Shown here one piece after another: positions 1 through 9,382 of a stretch of DNA of 60,000 nt. The DNA comes from a virus. Each line of letters opens with the position of its first letter. The stretch's first letter is position 1. The notes under the pieces were generated by a model. The model searched no databases. It saw only the letters and a list, made by a program, of their open reading frames with translations, and was not told where the DNA came from. The stretch lies in the IMG/VR virus record IMGVR_UViG_3300025065_000002. One strand, given 5' to 3'. Made by a program: the position numbers and the translations under genes.

Positions 1-127
1 CGTTTGCAGGCACGTATTGATGCAACCAATCGCGTTAATGCACCCGACTTACTTGCTGACTTTGAAGCCGACGCGCCTAATGTTCTGAGTAATGATCCAG
101 CGCCTACTAATGCTCAAACAGCCACGC
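1..127. repeat. Window-wrap duplicate of 59874..60000 (circular junction of a 59,873-bp genome)
   Basis: First 127 nt (cgtttgcaggcacgtattga...caaacagccacgc) compared base by base with the last 127 nt: identical. Confidence 0.97.
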
Positions 128-3100
128 AGCTAACCGATGAAAACCCTACGGTTAATATTCCAGCGCCTAAGAAAGCACCAAGAGAGCTGTCAGATAAAGC
201 GATGGTTCGTGAAATACAGAAGCCTACCACCAAAAATACTGAGACGGACTACAGGGCAGCGTTAAACTTATCAGAAGGTCAAAACCTTGGTCGCTTAATT
301 ATGTCTAGCGGCAGAGTTTTTGATGATGCCGTAGTAAAAAGCATGGACGATAAAGGCGTCACAGTAGAAGCAACGGTCAACGGTAAACGTGGATTGCATA
401 AGGGTTTGCAATACCAAACCGTGGATGCAGGTATTAACAACACAAAGAGTTATGCTGAGCAACAAGCAGCGCAGGAAAGCCAAGCAACCCATGAATCTAA
501 GCTTGCAGAGAAGTACGGCTTTAACGATAGTAATAAACTTGATCATGGCGAGCTATCTATCCCTAATCGCACAAAGAACATTGATAGTGAGCTTGATAGG
601 TATAAAGCAGATAAAGCAAAAATTGACGCTAAAAAACTTGATGAAGTTAAAACCAAGAACACTGAAAAGGCAGAAGCAGAGACAGAGCGCTTGTTGCCAA
701 TCAAAGAGCAGGCGCAAGCAGAATACAAGCAGTACGGCACAGCAATGGTCAACGCTTATAAAGATAAGCTTGAGGCGCAAGGGGTGAATGCGCGTGACTT
801 TATACGTGATGAAGCGAAATACAACCCCGAGTCATTCTTGAAGTTATCTAAAAAATTCCAAGAAGAGCAGCAAGCTGAACCTCAGTCTCAAGCGGAAAAA
901 TCGGAAGCGAAAGCCATTAAGCCGCAGTTGAATTGGACTAAAGATGCCAACGGCAGGAAGATATGGCGTGCTGATAACGGTATGATTATAACCGATGAAA
1001 GCATGGTTGTAGGCGGCGTCAGAAACAAATTTTTCTTTCTTTATGAAAACCAAACAGAGCGATATGCTGGCAACAATGTAGAGCGCGGTGAGTCTTTGTC
1101 TGAGGCAAAAGATAAGGCTGAAAGCCTGGTTAAATCAAAACCAGAAGCCGCGCCGGAAACCAAAAAACCGACTGCTAAAACTGAACCATCCGATAATCCT
1201 AGCGCCACTGGTGACTGGCAAACGCAAGTGAATGGCAATGAGTTCCGCATTAACGAAGACGGGATTACTGTACGCAAGCATGACCGAGTTGTTCATATTC
1301 GCGGTGCAAACTCTATAACCGCCAGCAAAAAAGCGAAAGAGCTTGCCAACCAAGATATTCGCGAGCTTCATTATATCGCTGCAAAAGAAGATGCTAGCGA
1401 CCCGTTTAGCGAGGGTTCTATCTGGCTTGATGGCAATGGGGATATGGTGCGCAAAAAAGGAACCAAGAAACCTACTGGCTCCTTACTGCCAATCCTAAAG
1501 CAAGCTGAAACTAAAACAGCACCTAAAAAAGCAGACAAGCCAGCCACGCCTACCGCACCAGTCGCAGAGATTGAGGATTTTGGAGAGAAGATAACTGGTG
1601 CGCGTAAAGACATGCAATCGTTCTATCAAAAAGAAATGACAGACGACGATATTATTAACCAGCCACTCAGCAAGATATGGCCCAAGAAAGACGTTGATGC
1701 CATCGAAGATACGCAGATGGCAGCACTTGCTACCGTTTTTCGTAGCGCCATACCAAGTAAACCAAGAAAAGGTTATAAGCTTGACAGATGGGTAGCGACT
1801 GTAAAAACTTTTCGTGGTGTTATGCAGAGTATGGTTAGCGACACTATTCCATTTGATAAAATTATGGATGGACTGATAGCAAGCGAGAGAATGAGTGAGT
1901 ATGCTTATCATGCAAAACTACTGGCGAAACTAGACAGGGAACAGTGGTCGCGCATTGATAAAGTTGATCCGCAGATAGGCTATCAAAAAAGAAACGAGGC
2001 TGGCGATTACATTCCCTTCGTTGGCTTTGCTGTGACCATCGACAAGAGAACGCATACTTTTAACACTGAGCAAAGAGATATATCAGAGATTATCGACAAG
2101 GTTAATAATCTACTGGGTGGCGAGGTCAAGACGCAAGCATTGAAATTTGACTTGTATAGTCGCGGTCGCGGCGATGCTAAGTCGTGGTTTATCACCCAAG
2201 CCAGCGACAAAGATAAGACGCCGCTTATTGAATTTAACGACAGGGATGCTGCTAGAGCGTTTCTAAAAGAAAACAACAGCGAGCTATCTGAGCTGTGGGA
2301 TCAACACAAAGAGCGCGTAAACGTCAAAAAATCTGACATGCGCTCGAATGTCAACCGTGAGCGCATCGGCCCCGACCATCGCGGCGGTCAAGACGTAACG
2401 ACCGAACAGTTTATGAACACGTTTGGCTTACGTGGCGGTCAGTTTGGTAACTGGGTAAAGCAAGGCGCCAACAGCAAAGACCGTCAGAATATTCTGAACG
2501 ATGCTTATGATGCCTTTATGGACTTGGCAGGCGTGCTTAATATTCCACCTGAAGCGATTGGCTTAGGCGGCAAACTTGCTATGTCGTTTGGTGCTCGCGG
2601 TAAAGGCCGCGCCATGGCGCACTATGAGCCGTCGCAAGTCATCATCAACCTAACCAAAACGCAAGGCGCAGGCTCGCTTGCTCATGAATGGTTCCATGCG
2701 TTAGACAATCACTTCACCTCGTTCCGTGATGATCCTAATCGCTTGACCAGTAAAGAGAATGCTTATATCACCTATAAGCCCGAGCCAATGCTGATTATGA
2801 AAGATCAGAACGGCAATCCTAGTCGTATGCGCCCAATAACAGAGATGCGGCGCAAGCAGTTGTACGAGATGAATAAGAACCGCGCCTACTTACCCGAAAA
2901 CTTTATGCCCGACCCTAATCATAAAGAAGGTGTGCGCCCACAAGTTGAAGTGGCTTTTGCAAACCTGGTAGAGACGCTAGACGAATCACCAATGAAAGCT
3001 CGAGCTGTCACCATTGATAAAGGTGCGCCTGATGGTTATTGGTCACGCATTATCGAGCGTGCAGCGCGAGCGTTTGAAAGCTATGTGATTAACAAGTTAG

Positions 3101-6100
3101 AGAAGCAGGGCGCGCGCAGCGACTTCTTAGCCAACATCACACCTGAAGATGCCTTCCCTCGTAATATGGACAGATACCCATACTTACTACAGAGTGAGAT
3201 GGCGCCAGTGGCAGAAGCGTTTGATAACTTATTTGCCACTCTTGACAGTAAAGCTTCGGAAGACGGTAACGGCAAAACACTTTTTAGTCGTGCCGGACAG
3301 TTAAATGAAGCGATAGATAAAGTGAAGGCTGGCGCGATTGGCAGTACGCAGACCACCCGCCAGCAAGTCATTGGCAAACTAAACGATAAGTTTGGTAAAG
3401 AAACCATTACTAAGCTCATGAGCGACGGCAAACTTGATATCAAAGTGCTGTCCGACTTTATGCAAGACGGCAAGCTGACTATCCCTAGTGATGTCGATGG
3501 TCTATACCACAACGGCAAGGCCACCTTGATTGCAGACAACCTATCTGACGATATGATTATCCCGACCTTCTTACATGAGCTTGGTGGTCATGGTGGGATG
3601 CAAGGCTTGATGGACAAGAAAGCCTACGACGCGCTGATGAGAGATTTTGACAGCCTGGTTAAAGCAGGCGACCCATTAGCCATGCAAGCAAAAGCGATGG
3701 CGGATAAAGTCGCACGTAATGAGCAAGACGCACTCGATGAGTATCTGCCGTACCTAATCACACTTACCTCACGCCAGCAAGCCAAGCAAGGCAAGGTGGC
3801 TGGCATGATCAATCGTATGGTCATGGCGATACGCTCATGGCTTAAAAATACTTTAGGCGTACCGATTACCATTAACTCGCAAGATATCTTGTCACTGGCT
3901 GAACGCATGGTAAACGAGATTGAAAAGCAAGGCTCGCTAGATAACATGGCTAATGCAGCGCCACAATTTAGCGACCCGAATATTCCTGATAAGCAGATGC
4001 AGGACGTGCGCGACCAGTATGAAAATACCGATCAGTGGATGACTGCGCCTAATGGCAAGCCGACCAATTTGACTGAAAACCAGTGGGTGCAAACAAGAAC
4101 ACCAGCCTTTAAAGAATGGTTTGGTGACTGGCAGAACGACCCGAAAAATGCGTCTAAGATAGTCGACGATAATGGTGAGCCAAGAATAACCTATCATCAA
4201 ACAGATGATACGTGGAATACTTTTGACAAGTCGAAAGCCAAGGCTGGCAAGCATGACAATGAAACGCCAACAGGTATATTCGTAAAGGGTAGCGATAGAG
4301 ATATAGGTATTGGTGAGAACTTAAACCAAATGCCTTTATTTACCAATATAAAAAATCCGCTTGAACTAAAAGATAGGCAGGCAGCAAAAAAGTATTATGA
4401 AAGTAATATTGATGGCTATGCTGATATTGTCGCAAGCATGAAAAAGGATGATGACACCTATAGTAAGGCACTCGATGAAGCTGAGAGCAGTATTCAGGCT
4501 GAGTTGAAAAGAAGGTATGAGACTGGCGACCGTTCGCAAAGCTCGAAAGAGTTGTTTAAAAAATCTAGGGATATCCTGAACGAGTGGACAGCCAGTCAAC
4601 AAGCCAACTCGCTCGCTGCTAAAAAACTAATCGATGACCATTTAGCTGAAAACGATATTGACGGTGTGGTTCTTGAAGCAGATGAAGGCTCTTTTGGTCG
4701 AGAAACCGATGCGATTATTGCCATCAATAACAACCAAATCAAGTCTGCCACAGACAATATAGGCACCTTCGATAACACTAACCCTGACATCCGCTTCAGC
4801 GACCCGAACGTGCCAGCCAAACAGCTTGATGATGTTCGTACTAAACACGAAGGCACAGATGAATGGATGAAGGCGCCTAACGGTAGCGATACCAATCTAA
4901 CCGAACAACAATGGTTACAAGTTCGCACGCCAGCGTTCAAGAAATGGTTTGGGGATTGGGAGGATGACGCAGAGAATGCAAGCAAAGTCGTAGATGAAAA
5001 TGGCGAGCCGATGGTGGTTTATCATGGCAGCCCAAAAAGATTCTATAACTTTGACATAGATAACCTTGGTAAGCGCACTAATAACTTGGGGCATTTCGGT
5101 AAGGGTTTCTATTTCACACCAGATATAGATACCGCGAATAGATATGCTGGATATCGTGACTCACAAGGAGATACAGCCTATAACGATTCATCAACCACTT
5201 ATCGCGGTTACTTAAACATTAAGAAACCATTTTACGATACTTACGAAAATCTAAAGCCATACCTCGATGGTGTTGGCGTGCAAAAAATAAAAGATGGTAT
5301 AGATAGGGATTATTTAGAACAGCATATTCTTAATTACGACCCAGCTTTACAGATATTAATTGACGATGTAAACAAATCTAAAAGATATCCTGATGGAGAT
5401 AACACTTACGAGCAATATAAGAAAAACGGTGGCAAGCTTTCGGATGAATATCAGTCAGGCGTGCCTTTAGATTATGATGGGCTAGCTGGGATTCTGTTTG
5501 GAAACATATACCTAACTATGAGTGAGCGTGAGATTGACAGCATTCAAAAAATGATGGGCGCGATACCAGATAAGTATATTAGCGTGGGTTTCTCAGGGCA
5601 ACCGACTTTAGCGGAAGCAACTAGCTATGGTCAGAAGGATAATGGCATTACTGAAAACATAATGTCAGATGGGTTTGATGGGGTGATACACGCACCTGAC
5701 GGTGTGAGCAAGAAGTATATTGAGTACGTCGCCTTTAACCCCAACCAAATCAAATCCGCCACCGACAACGCTGGCACGTTTGACAGCAATAACAACGACA
5801 TCCGTTACAGCCGCGCCGCTGGTATGAATGATCAGTTCGACCCACGCAATATCGCTAAAGAAACAGCGACAAGACTTTACGACTGGGCGAGCTCCGCACC
5901 TCCTGGCAAACTATCGTGGTGGCACAAGACTATTGGCACCATGTATAACCTAGCTCAGCGCAACCCATACTTTAAACCTGTCTTCGAGAACACTGAGAAG
6001 TTTATCAACGATGTGTCGTTCTACGCAGCCAAAGCCTCAGAGCTTGCGCCAAGACTATTGCCGCAGCTTGACTCACTGCGCGATATCACCAAGTCTGCTA

Positions 6101-8775
6101 TCGGTGCCAAGGATAATGAAGCGCTAAGTAAGCCCATTTTTGAAGGTACGTTATTGTGGGGCCGCGACCTTGATGGCAAAGCAGTGCTCATCAAGGACTG
6201 GCGTAAAAAGGTAATGGCAACCTCAAAGCAAGACCGCTTGCAGATGCTAAAAGACGCCAACCGTATCACGCCAGCACAGCTGCAACAGCTTGCCACGCTA
6301 AACAACATCCAAGCCAACCGCTTTATCAATGGCATTATCGATGAAGAAGTGAACGCTGGTCTTGTCTGGACTGACAACGAGCTACGGTCTAAGTTCAATC
6401 TTGACGATAAGCAGATTGAATTATACCGAGAGTTCCGCGCTACCACAGACAATAGCCTTGATAGCATGACGCGCTCAGACATGCTCAGACGTTTGGGTAA
6501 AGATGCGACCGCTATTGAAACGGCAGTCATGGAAGCTGGCACGTTACGCGAAGCGGTCTTTACTATCGAGCAGCATATTAATGGCTTGATACAAGCCAGC
6601 CCGAAAAAAGAGAAGTCGCTAAAGAATACGTTGAAAGATATCAAGGAATCACAATTCCGCACCAATAAGCTAATCGATGATGGTTATGCGCCATTATCAC
6701 GCTTCGGTCAATACACGGTCGATGTCGTCGATAAAGACGGCAACCGTGAATACTTTGGTATGTTTGAATCTGCTTATGAAGCGCGCAAGATGAAGGGCGA
6801 GATGGATGCGCTGTATGGCGATGATCAAGACTTCACTGTTACCCAAGGCGCACTATCGAAAGAAGAGTTTAAATTGTTCGCTGGCGTGACACCTGAAACC
6901 GCTGAATTGTTTGGTGAGATGATGGGGCTTGATGCCACTGGTGACAAAGCGGCTGACGATGCGTTCCAAGAGTACCTACGCCGCACCAAAAACAACCGTA
7001 GCACCATGAAGCGCTTGATGCACCGTAAAGGTATCAAAGGTTATTCTGAAGACGTTGGCCGTGTGCTGGCGAGTTTTGTGTACTCAAATGCGCGTCATAC
7101 CTCAGCTGCTTTAAACATGGGCAACCTTGACCGTAGTATTCAAGACATACCAAAAGGCGAGGGCCAGTTAAAAGATGCTGCAGTCAAACTGGCGGAGTAC
7201 ATTAAAAACCCACAAGAAGAAGGCAACGTCATTCGTGGCTGGATGTTCGCGCAATACTTGGGTGGCTCGATTGCTTCTGCTGCAGTCAACATTACCCAAC
7301 CTATTGCCGTGTCATTCCCTTATCTGTCACAGTTCGGCGGCGCGGTCAAAGCAGCAAGCCAGCTCAAACGCTCAAGCAGTGATTGGGCCAAGTCACTGAA
7401 GAACAAGAACAATGATCACTTTGAGGCAGGCTTACGCGACGCAATCGCACGCGCTGAAGCAGATGGCACACTGTCACCACAAGAGGTTCACAACCTACTC
7501 AAGCAAGCCAGCGGTAAAAACCCACTGAGCGCCGGTGATGGTACAAAAATTGGTAACGCCAAAGCGCTGGCAGGTAACACACTGTCTCGCGTCAGTCTGG
7601 CATGGGGTTCGTTATTTAGTTTGGCAGAACAGGTCAACCGCCGCGTAACTTTTGTGGCAGCGTATCGCATGGCAGTCGAGCAAGGCATGGATAATCCGGC
7701 AGAGTTTGCTACCAAGTCGATTAAAGAAACGCAGTTTGTTTATAACAAAGCGTCACGTATGAATTGGGGGCGGGGTGCTGTCGGTGGCACGCTCATGACG
7801 TTTAAGACTTATACCGTATCTTACATTGAGCTGATGCACAGACTATGGAATCAGGGCGAGAAGGGGTCTGTTGAACGTGCCCAAGGTCGCAAAGCAACCA
7901 TGATTATGCTTGGCGTCATGTTCCTACTATCAGGTTCAGGCGGTTTACCATTTATGGAAGATGCGGAAGACTTGATTGATGGTATTGGTCAAATTATGGG
8001 CTACAACTTATCATCGAAGAAAGCACGACAAGACTTTTTGGATGCGTGGTTTGGTGAGATGATAGGGGACTTTATGGAGTCAGGCGCATCGAGTTTACCG
8101 GGTTCACCGACCGATGTATCAGGTCGATTAGGTCTTGGTAACTTAATACCAGGTACCGGTATTTTTAGAGAGCGCACCAATAATACCCGTGACGTGCTTG
8201 AGGTTGTCGGTCCGGCTGGTGATTTTGTTGGACGTGTCGCAACTGGCACCAGAGATATTGCCAAAGGCGTGGCAAACTTAGACGCCACAAGTATCAAGAA
8301 AGGTACATTAGAGCTCGCACCTACCGCCGTTCGCAACGCGGTCAAAGGTATAAGTATGGGCACATCGGGTATTTATAAAGATACCAAAGGCTATAAAGTC
8401 ACTGACGTGTCACCCGTTGATGCGGCTTTTAAATTTGCAGGATTCCAGCCGCTAAAAGTATCTAAGATTCAAGAGGCTAACTATCTTGGTCAAACGAATA
8501 CTTCTTACTACAGTTTGCGCGCCTCAAATATCCGCGCACTGTGGGCGGCTGGCGTGGTCGAAGGCAATAGCAGTAAAGTTGCTGATGCACGCGCTGCAGT
8601 TGCAGACTGGAATAACAAAAATCCTGATCAAAAAATCATCATCAAGCCCACTGATATCGCTCGCCGTGTCCGTGAGATGAAGATGGATAAGTCAGAGCGC
8701 GTCACCAAGCTGGCACCAAAGTCAATGCGCGCACAAATGGCGTCAGACTTTGCACAAGTACGTGACGGTTTTTAA
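1..8775 (+). CDS. Giant polyvalent virion protein, C-terminal part (codons 959-3882)
   Basis: ORF track 4..8775 (its TTG start is an artefact of the window edge). TAA stop at 8773-8775 is followed by an intrinsic terminator. Recognisable motifs: DFGEKITGARKD, GGQFGNWV...SLAHEWFHALDNHF, FLHELGGHGG, two YH..(G)FYFT-type modules each ending NQIKSATDN.GTFD...DIR(F/Y)S, and GYAPLSRFGQYTV. Confidence 0.9.
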   Translation, partial: RLQARIDATNRVNAPDLLADFEADAPNVLSNDPAPTNAQTATQLTDENPTVNIPAPKKAPRELSDKAMVREIQKPTTKNTETDYRAALNLSEGQNLGRLIMSSGRVFDDAVVKSMDDKGVTVEATVNGKRGLHKGLQYQTVDAGINNTKSYAEQQAAQESQATHESKLAEKYGFNDSNKLDHGELSIPNRTKNIDSELDRYKADKAKIDAKKLDEVKTKNTEKAEAETERLLPIKEQAQAEYKQYGTAMVNAYKDKLEAQGVNARDFIRDEAKYNPESFLKLSKKFQEEQQAEPQSQAEKSEAKAIKPQLNWTKDANGRKIWRADNGMIITDESMVVGGVRNKFFFLYENQTERYAGNNVERGESLSEAKDKAESLVKSKPEAAPETKKPTAKTEPSDNPSATGDWQTQVNGNEFRINEDGITVRKHDRVVHIRGANSITASKKAKELANQDIRELHYIAAKEDASDPFSEGSIWLDGNGDMVRKKGTKKPTGSLLPILKQAETKTAPKKADKPATPTAPVAEIEDFGEKITGARKDMQSFYQKEMTDDDIINQPLSKIWPKKDVDAIEDTQMAALATVFRSAIPSKPRKGYKLDRWVATVKTFRGVMQSMVSDTIPFDKIMDGLIASERMSEYAYHAKLLAKLDREQWSRIDKVDPQIGYQKRNEAGDYIPFVGFAVTIDKRTHTFNTEQRDISEIIDKVNNLLGGEVKTQALKFDLYSRGRGDAKSWFITQASDKDKTPLIEFNDRDAARAFLKENNSELSELWDQHKERVNVKKSDMRSNVNRERIGPDHRGGQDVTTEQFMNTFGLRGGQFGNWVKQGANSKDRQNILNDAYDAFMDLAGVLNIPPEAIGLGGKLAMSFGARGKGRAMAHYEPSQVIINLTKTQGAGSLAHEWFHALDNHFTSFRDDPNRLTSKENAYITYKPEPMLIMKDQNGNPSRMRPITEMRRKQLYEMNKNRAYLPENFMPDPNHKEGVRPQVEVAFANLVETLDESPMKARAVTIDKGAPDGYWSRIIERAARAFESYVINKLEKQGARSDFLANITPEDAFPRNMDRYPYLLQSEMAPVAEAFDNLFATLDSKASEDGNGKTLFSRAGQLNEAIDKVKAGAIGSTQTTRQQVIGKLNDKFGKETITKLMSDGKLDIKVLSDFMQDGKLTIPSDVDGLYHNGKATLIADNLSDDMIIPTFLHELGGHGGMQGLMDKKAYDALMRDFDSLVKAGDPLAMQAKAMADKVARNEQDALDEYLPYLITLTSRQQAKQGKVAGMINRMVMAIRSWLKNTLGVPITINSQDILSLAERMVNEIEKQGSLDNMANAAPQFSDPNIPDKQMQDVRDQYENTDQWMTAPNGKPTNLTENQWVQTRTPAFKEWFGDWQNDPKNASKIVDDNGEPRITYHQTDDTWNTFDKSKAKAGKHDNETPTGIFVKGSDRDIGIGENLNQMPLFTNIKNPLELKDRQAAKKYYESNIDGYADIVASMKKDDDTYSKALDEAESSIQAELKRRYETGDRSQSSKELFKKSRDILNEWTASQQANSLAAKKLIDDHLAENDIDGVVLEADEGSFGRETDAIIAINNNQIKSATDNIGTFDNTNPDIRFSDPNVPAKQLDDVRTKHEGTDEWMKAPNGSDTNLTEQQWLQVRTPAFKKWFGDWEDDAENASKVVDENGEPMVVYHGSPKRFYNFDIDNLGKRTNNLGHFGKGFYFTPDIDTANRYAGYRDSQGDTAYNDSSTTYRGYLNIKKPFYDTYENLKPYLDGVGVQKIKDGIDRDYLEQHILNYDPALQILIDDVNKSKRYPDGDNTYEQYKKNGGKLSDEYQSGVPLDYDGLAGILFGNIYLTMSEREIDSIQKMMGAIPDKYISVGFSGQPTLAEATSYGQKDNGITENIMSDGFDGVIHAPDGVSKKYIEYVAFNPNQIKSATDNAGTFDSNNNDIRYSRAAGMNDQFDPRNIAKETATRLYDWASSAPPGKLSWWHKTIGTMYNLAQRNPYFKPVFENTEKFINDVSFYAAKASELAPRLLPQLDSLRDITKSAIGAKDNEALSKPIFEGTLLWGRDLDGKAVLIKDWRKKVMATSKQDRLQMLKDANRITPAQLQQLATLNNIQANRFINGIIDEEVNAGLVWTDNELRSKFNLDDKQIELYREFRATTDNSLDSMTRSDMLRRLGKDATAIETAVMEAGTLREAVFTIEQHINGLIQASPKKEKSLKNTLKDIKESQFRTNKLIDDGYAPLSRFGQYTVDVVDKDGNREYFGMFESAYEARKMKGEMDALYGDDQDFTVTQGALSKEEFKLFAGVTPETAELFGEMMGLDATGDKAADDAFQEYLRRTKNNRSTMKRLMHRKGIKGYSEDVGRVLASFVYSNARHTSAALNMGNLDRSIQDIPKGEGQLKDAAVKLAEYIKNPQEEGNVIRGWMFAQYLGGSIASAAVNITQPIAVSFPYLSQFGGAVKAASQLKRSSSDWAKSLKNKNNDHFEAGLRDAIARAEADGTLSPQEVHNLLKQASGKNPLSAGDGTKIGNAKALAGNTLSRVSLAWGSLFSLAEQVNRRVTFVAAYRMAVEQGMDNPAEFATKSIKETQFVYNKASRMNWGRGAVGGTLMTFKTYTVSYIELMHRLWNQGEKGSVERAQGRKATMIMLGVMFLLSGSGGLPFMEDAEDLIDGIGQIMGYNLSSKKARQDFLDAWFGEMIGDFMESGASSLPGSPTDVSGRLGLGNLIPGTGIFRERTNNTRDVLEVVGPAGDFVGRVATGTRDIAKGVANLDATSIKKGTLELAPTAVRNAVKGISMGTSGIYKDTKGYKVTDVSPVDAAFKFAGFQPLKVSKIQEANYLGQTNTSYYSLRASNIRALWAAGVVEGNSSKVADARAAVADWNNKNPDQKIIIKPTDIARRVREMKMDKSERVTKLAPKSMRAQMASDFAQVRDGF
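2359..3135 (+). other. LPD1-type HExxH (metallopeptidase-like) module of the giant protein
   Basis: FGLRGGQFGNWVKQGANSKDRQNILNDAYDAFMDLAGVLNIP...AMSFGARGKGRAMAHYEP..INLTKTQGAGSLAHEWFHALDNHF. The HEWFH codons are at 2683-2697, followed by ERAARAFESYV. Confidence 0.65.
3967..4800 (+). other. ART-like module 1 (apparently degenerate)
   Basis: FSDPNIPDKQMQDVR...TPAFKEWFGDWQNDPKNASKIVDDNGEPRITYHQT...GIFVKG...DAIIAINNNQIKSATDNIGTFDNTNPDIRFS. It is collinear with module 2, but the Tyr (GFYFT) and Glu (IEYVAF) positions are replaced. Confidence 0.55.
4801..5811 (+). other. ART-like module 2 (H-Y-E-type signature intact)
   Basis: DPNVPAKQLDDVR...TPAFKKWFGDWEDDAENASKVVDENGEPMVVYHGS (5020-5031)...GKGFYFT (5101-5118)...YIEYVAFNPNQIKSATDNAGTFDSNNNDIRYS (Glu codon at 5722-5724). 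Confidence 0.6.
6691..6708 (+). other. PLxRFG motif of the giant protein
   Basis: Codons cca tta tca cgc ttc ggt encode PLSRFG within IDDGYAPLSRFGQYTVDVVD. Downstream are hydrophobic segments and AEQVNRRVTFVAAYRMA. Confidence 0.6.
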
Positions 8776-8810
8776 GTAGTCCAACTACCGAGGATTCCTC
8801 GAAACATCAA

Positions 8811-8838
8811 AGCTCACCCTAAGCGGTGGGCTTTTTTG
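8811..8838 (+). terminator. Intrinsic terminator after the giant gene
   Basis: Stem agctcacc / ggtgggct (8 bp including one G-U), loop ctaagc, then a T6 run. Confidence 0.8.
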
Positions 8839-8855
8839 TGTCTGATTTTTGGCAC

Positions 8856-8872
8856 ACCCCTATAAGGTTCGC
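8856..8872 (+). promoter_or_regulatory. Late-block motif copy 1 (ACCCCTATAAGGTTCGC)
   Basis: Exact 17-mer shared with 28561 and 35887; a 14-mer is shared with 55737. It lies 18 nt after the terminator T-run and 92 nt before ATG 8948. Confidence 0.6.
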
Positions 8873-8998
8873 TACTCACAACCTATCTTGATTAAATGAT
8901 GATTATTGAAACGATATATAAATCTATTAATCAGAAAAGGATTAACCATGGCGGATATGAAGTAGTACACAGGAACAAAAGTTGTTAATGCCACACCA

Positions 8999-9382
8999 AT
9001 GACTCGCCAAACATATAACGATTTGCGTGGTTGGGACTTGCCAGCAGACGAAGATGGTAGCGATGAAGGTTACTTGGTCGAATACACTGATGGTGGGCAA
9101 GCAAACACTGATGGTTACGATGGCTATGTTTCTTGGTCACCAAAAGGCGTGTTTGAGAAATCATATTTACCGTCAAGCCATCCATTAGATCGTATGGCTA
9201 TTGAAAACATGCAACTGATTGAGCGATTAAAACCGCTTGATGAATTATTAGCAAAACCACAGCCTAAGTTTATTAGTGATAAGCAATGGGCTTTACTCCA
9301 CGAACAGCAAAAACACATGACCGCCTATTTCAATACATTAGATGAGCGTATTGAAGACTTAGCTGCCGAATTGGGATTATGA
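8999..9382 (+). CDS. Hypothetical acidic protein (DEGYLVEYTDGG...YVSWSPKGVFEKSY), N-terminus apparently cut by an in-frame TAG
   Basis: ORF in the track. Its stop overlaps the next start (ATGA). The same frame extends upstream to an SD-preceded ATG at 8948 but is interrupted by TAG at 8963-8965. Confidence 0.6.
   Translation: MTRQTYNDLRGWDLPADEDGSDEGYLVEYTDGGQANTDGYDGYVSWSPKGVFEKSYLPSSHPLDRMAIENMQLIERLKPLDELLAKPQPKFISDKQWALLHEQQKHMTAYFNTLDERIEDLAAELGL

Noticed and set aside
1-127. The 127-bp terminal repeat as a biological direct terminal repeat of the virion DNA
   Set aside because: It lies in the middle of a coding sequence and preserves the reading frame exactly. This is what is expected from a circular assembly padded or wrapped to a 60,000-nt window. 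Physical ends would need read-start pile-up analysis.
295-8680. About 25 track ORFs of 60-214 aa on the minus strand or in alternative frames inside the giant gene (e.g. 6021..6665-, 3081..3539-, 389..787+)
   Set aside because: All are nested in a long ORF that has recognisable protein motifs throughout. They have no RBS and show low-complexity or Cys/Ser/Leu-rich antisense-type composition. The same reasoning applies to nested ORFs in other large genes (e.g. 14572..15204+, 17326..17754+, 38932..39255+, 49693..50067-, 52622..52948-).
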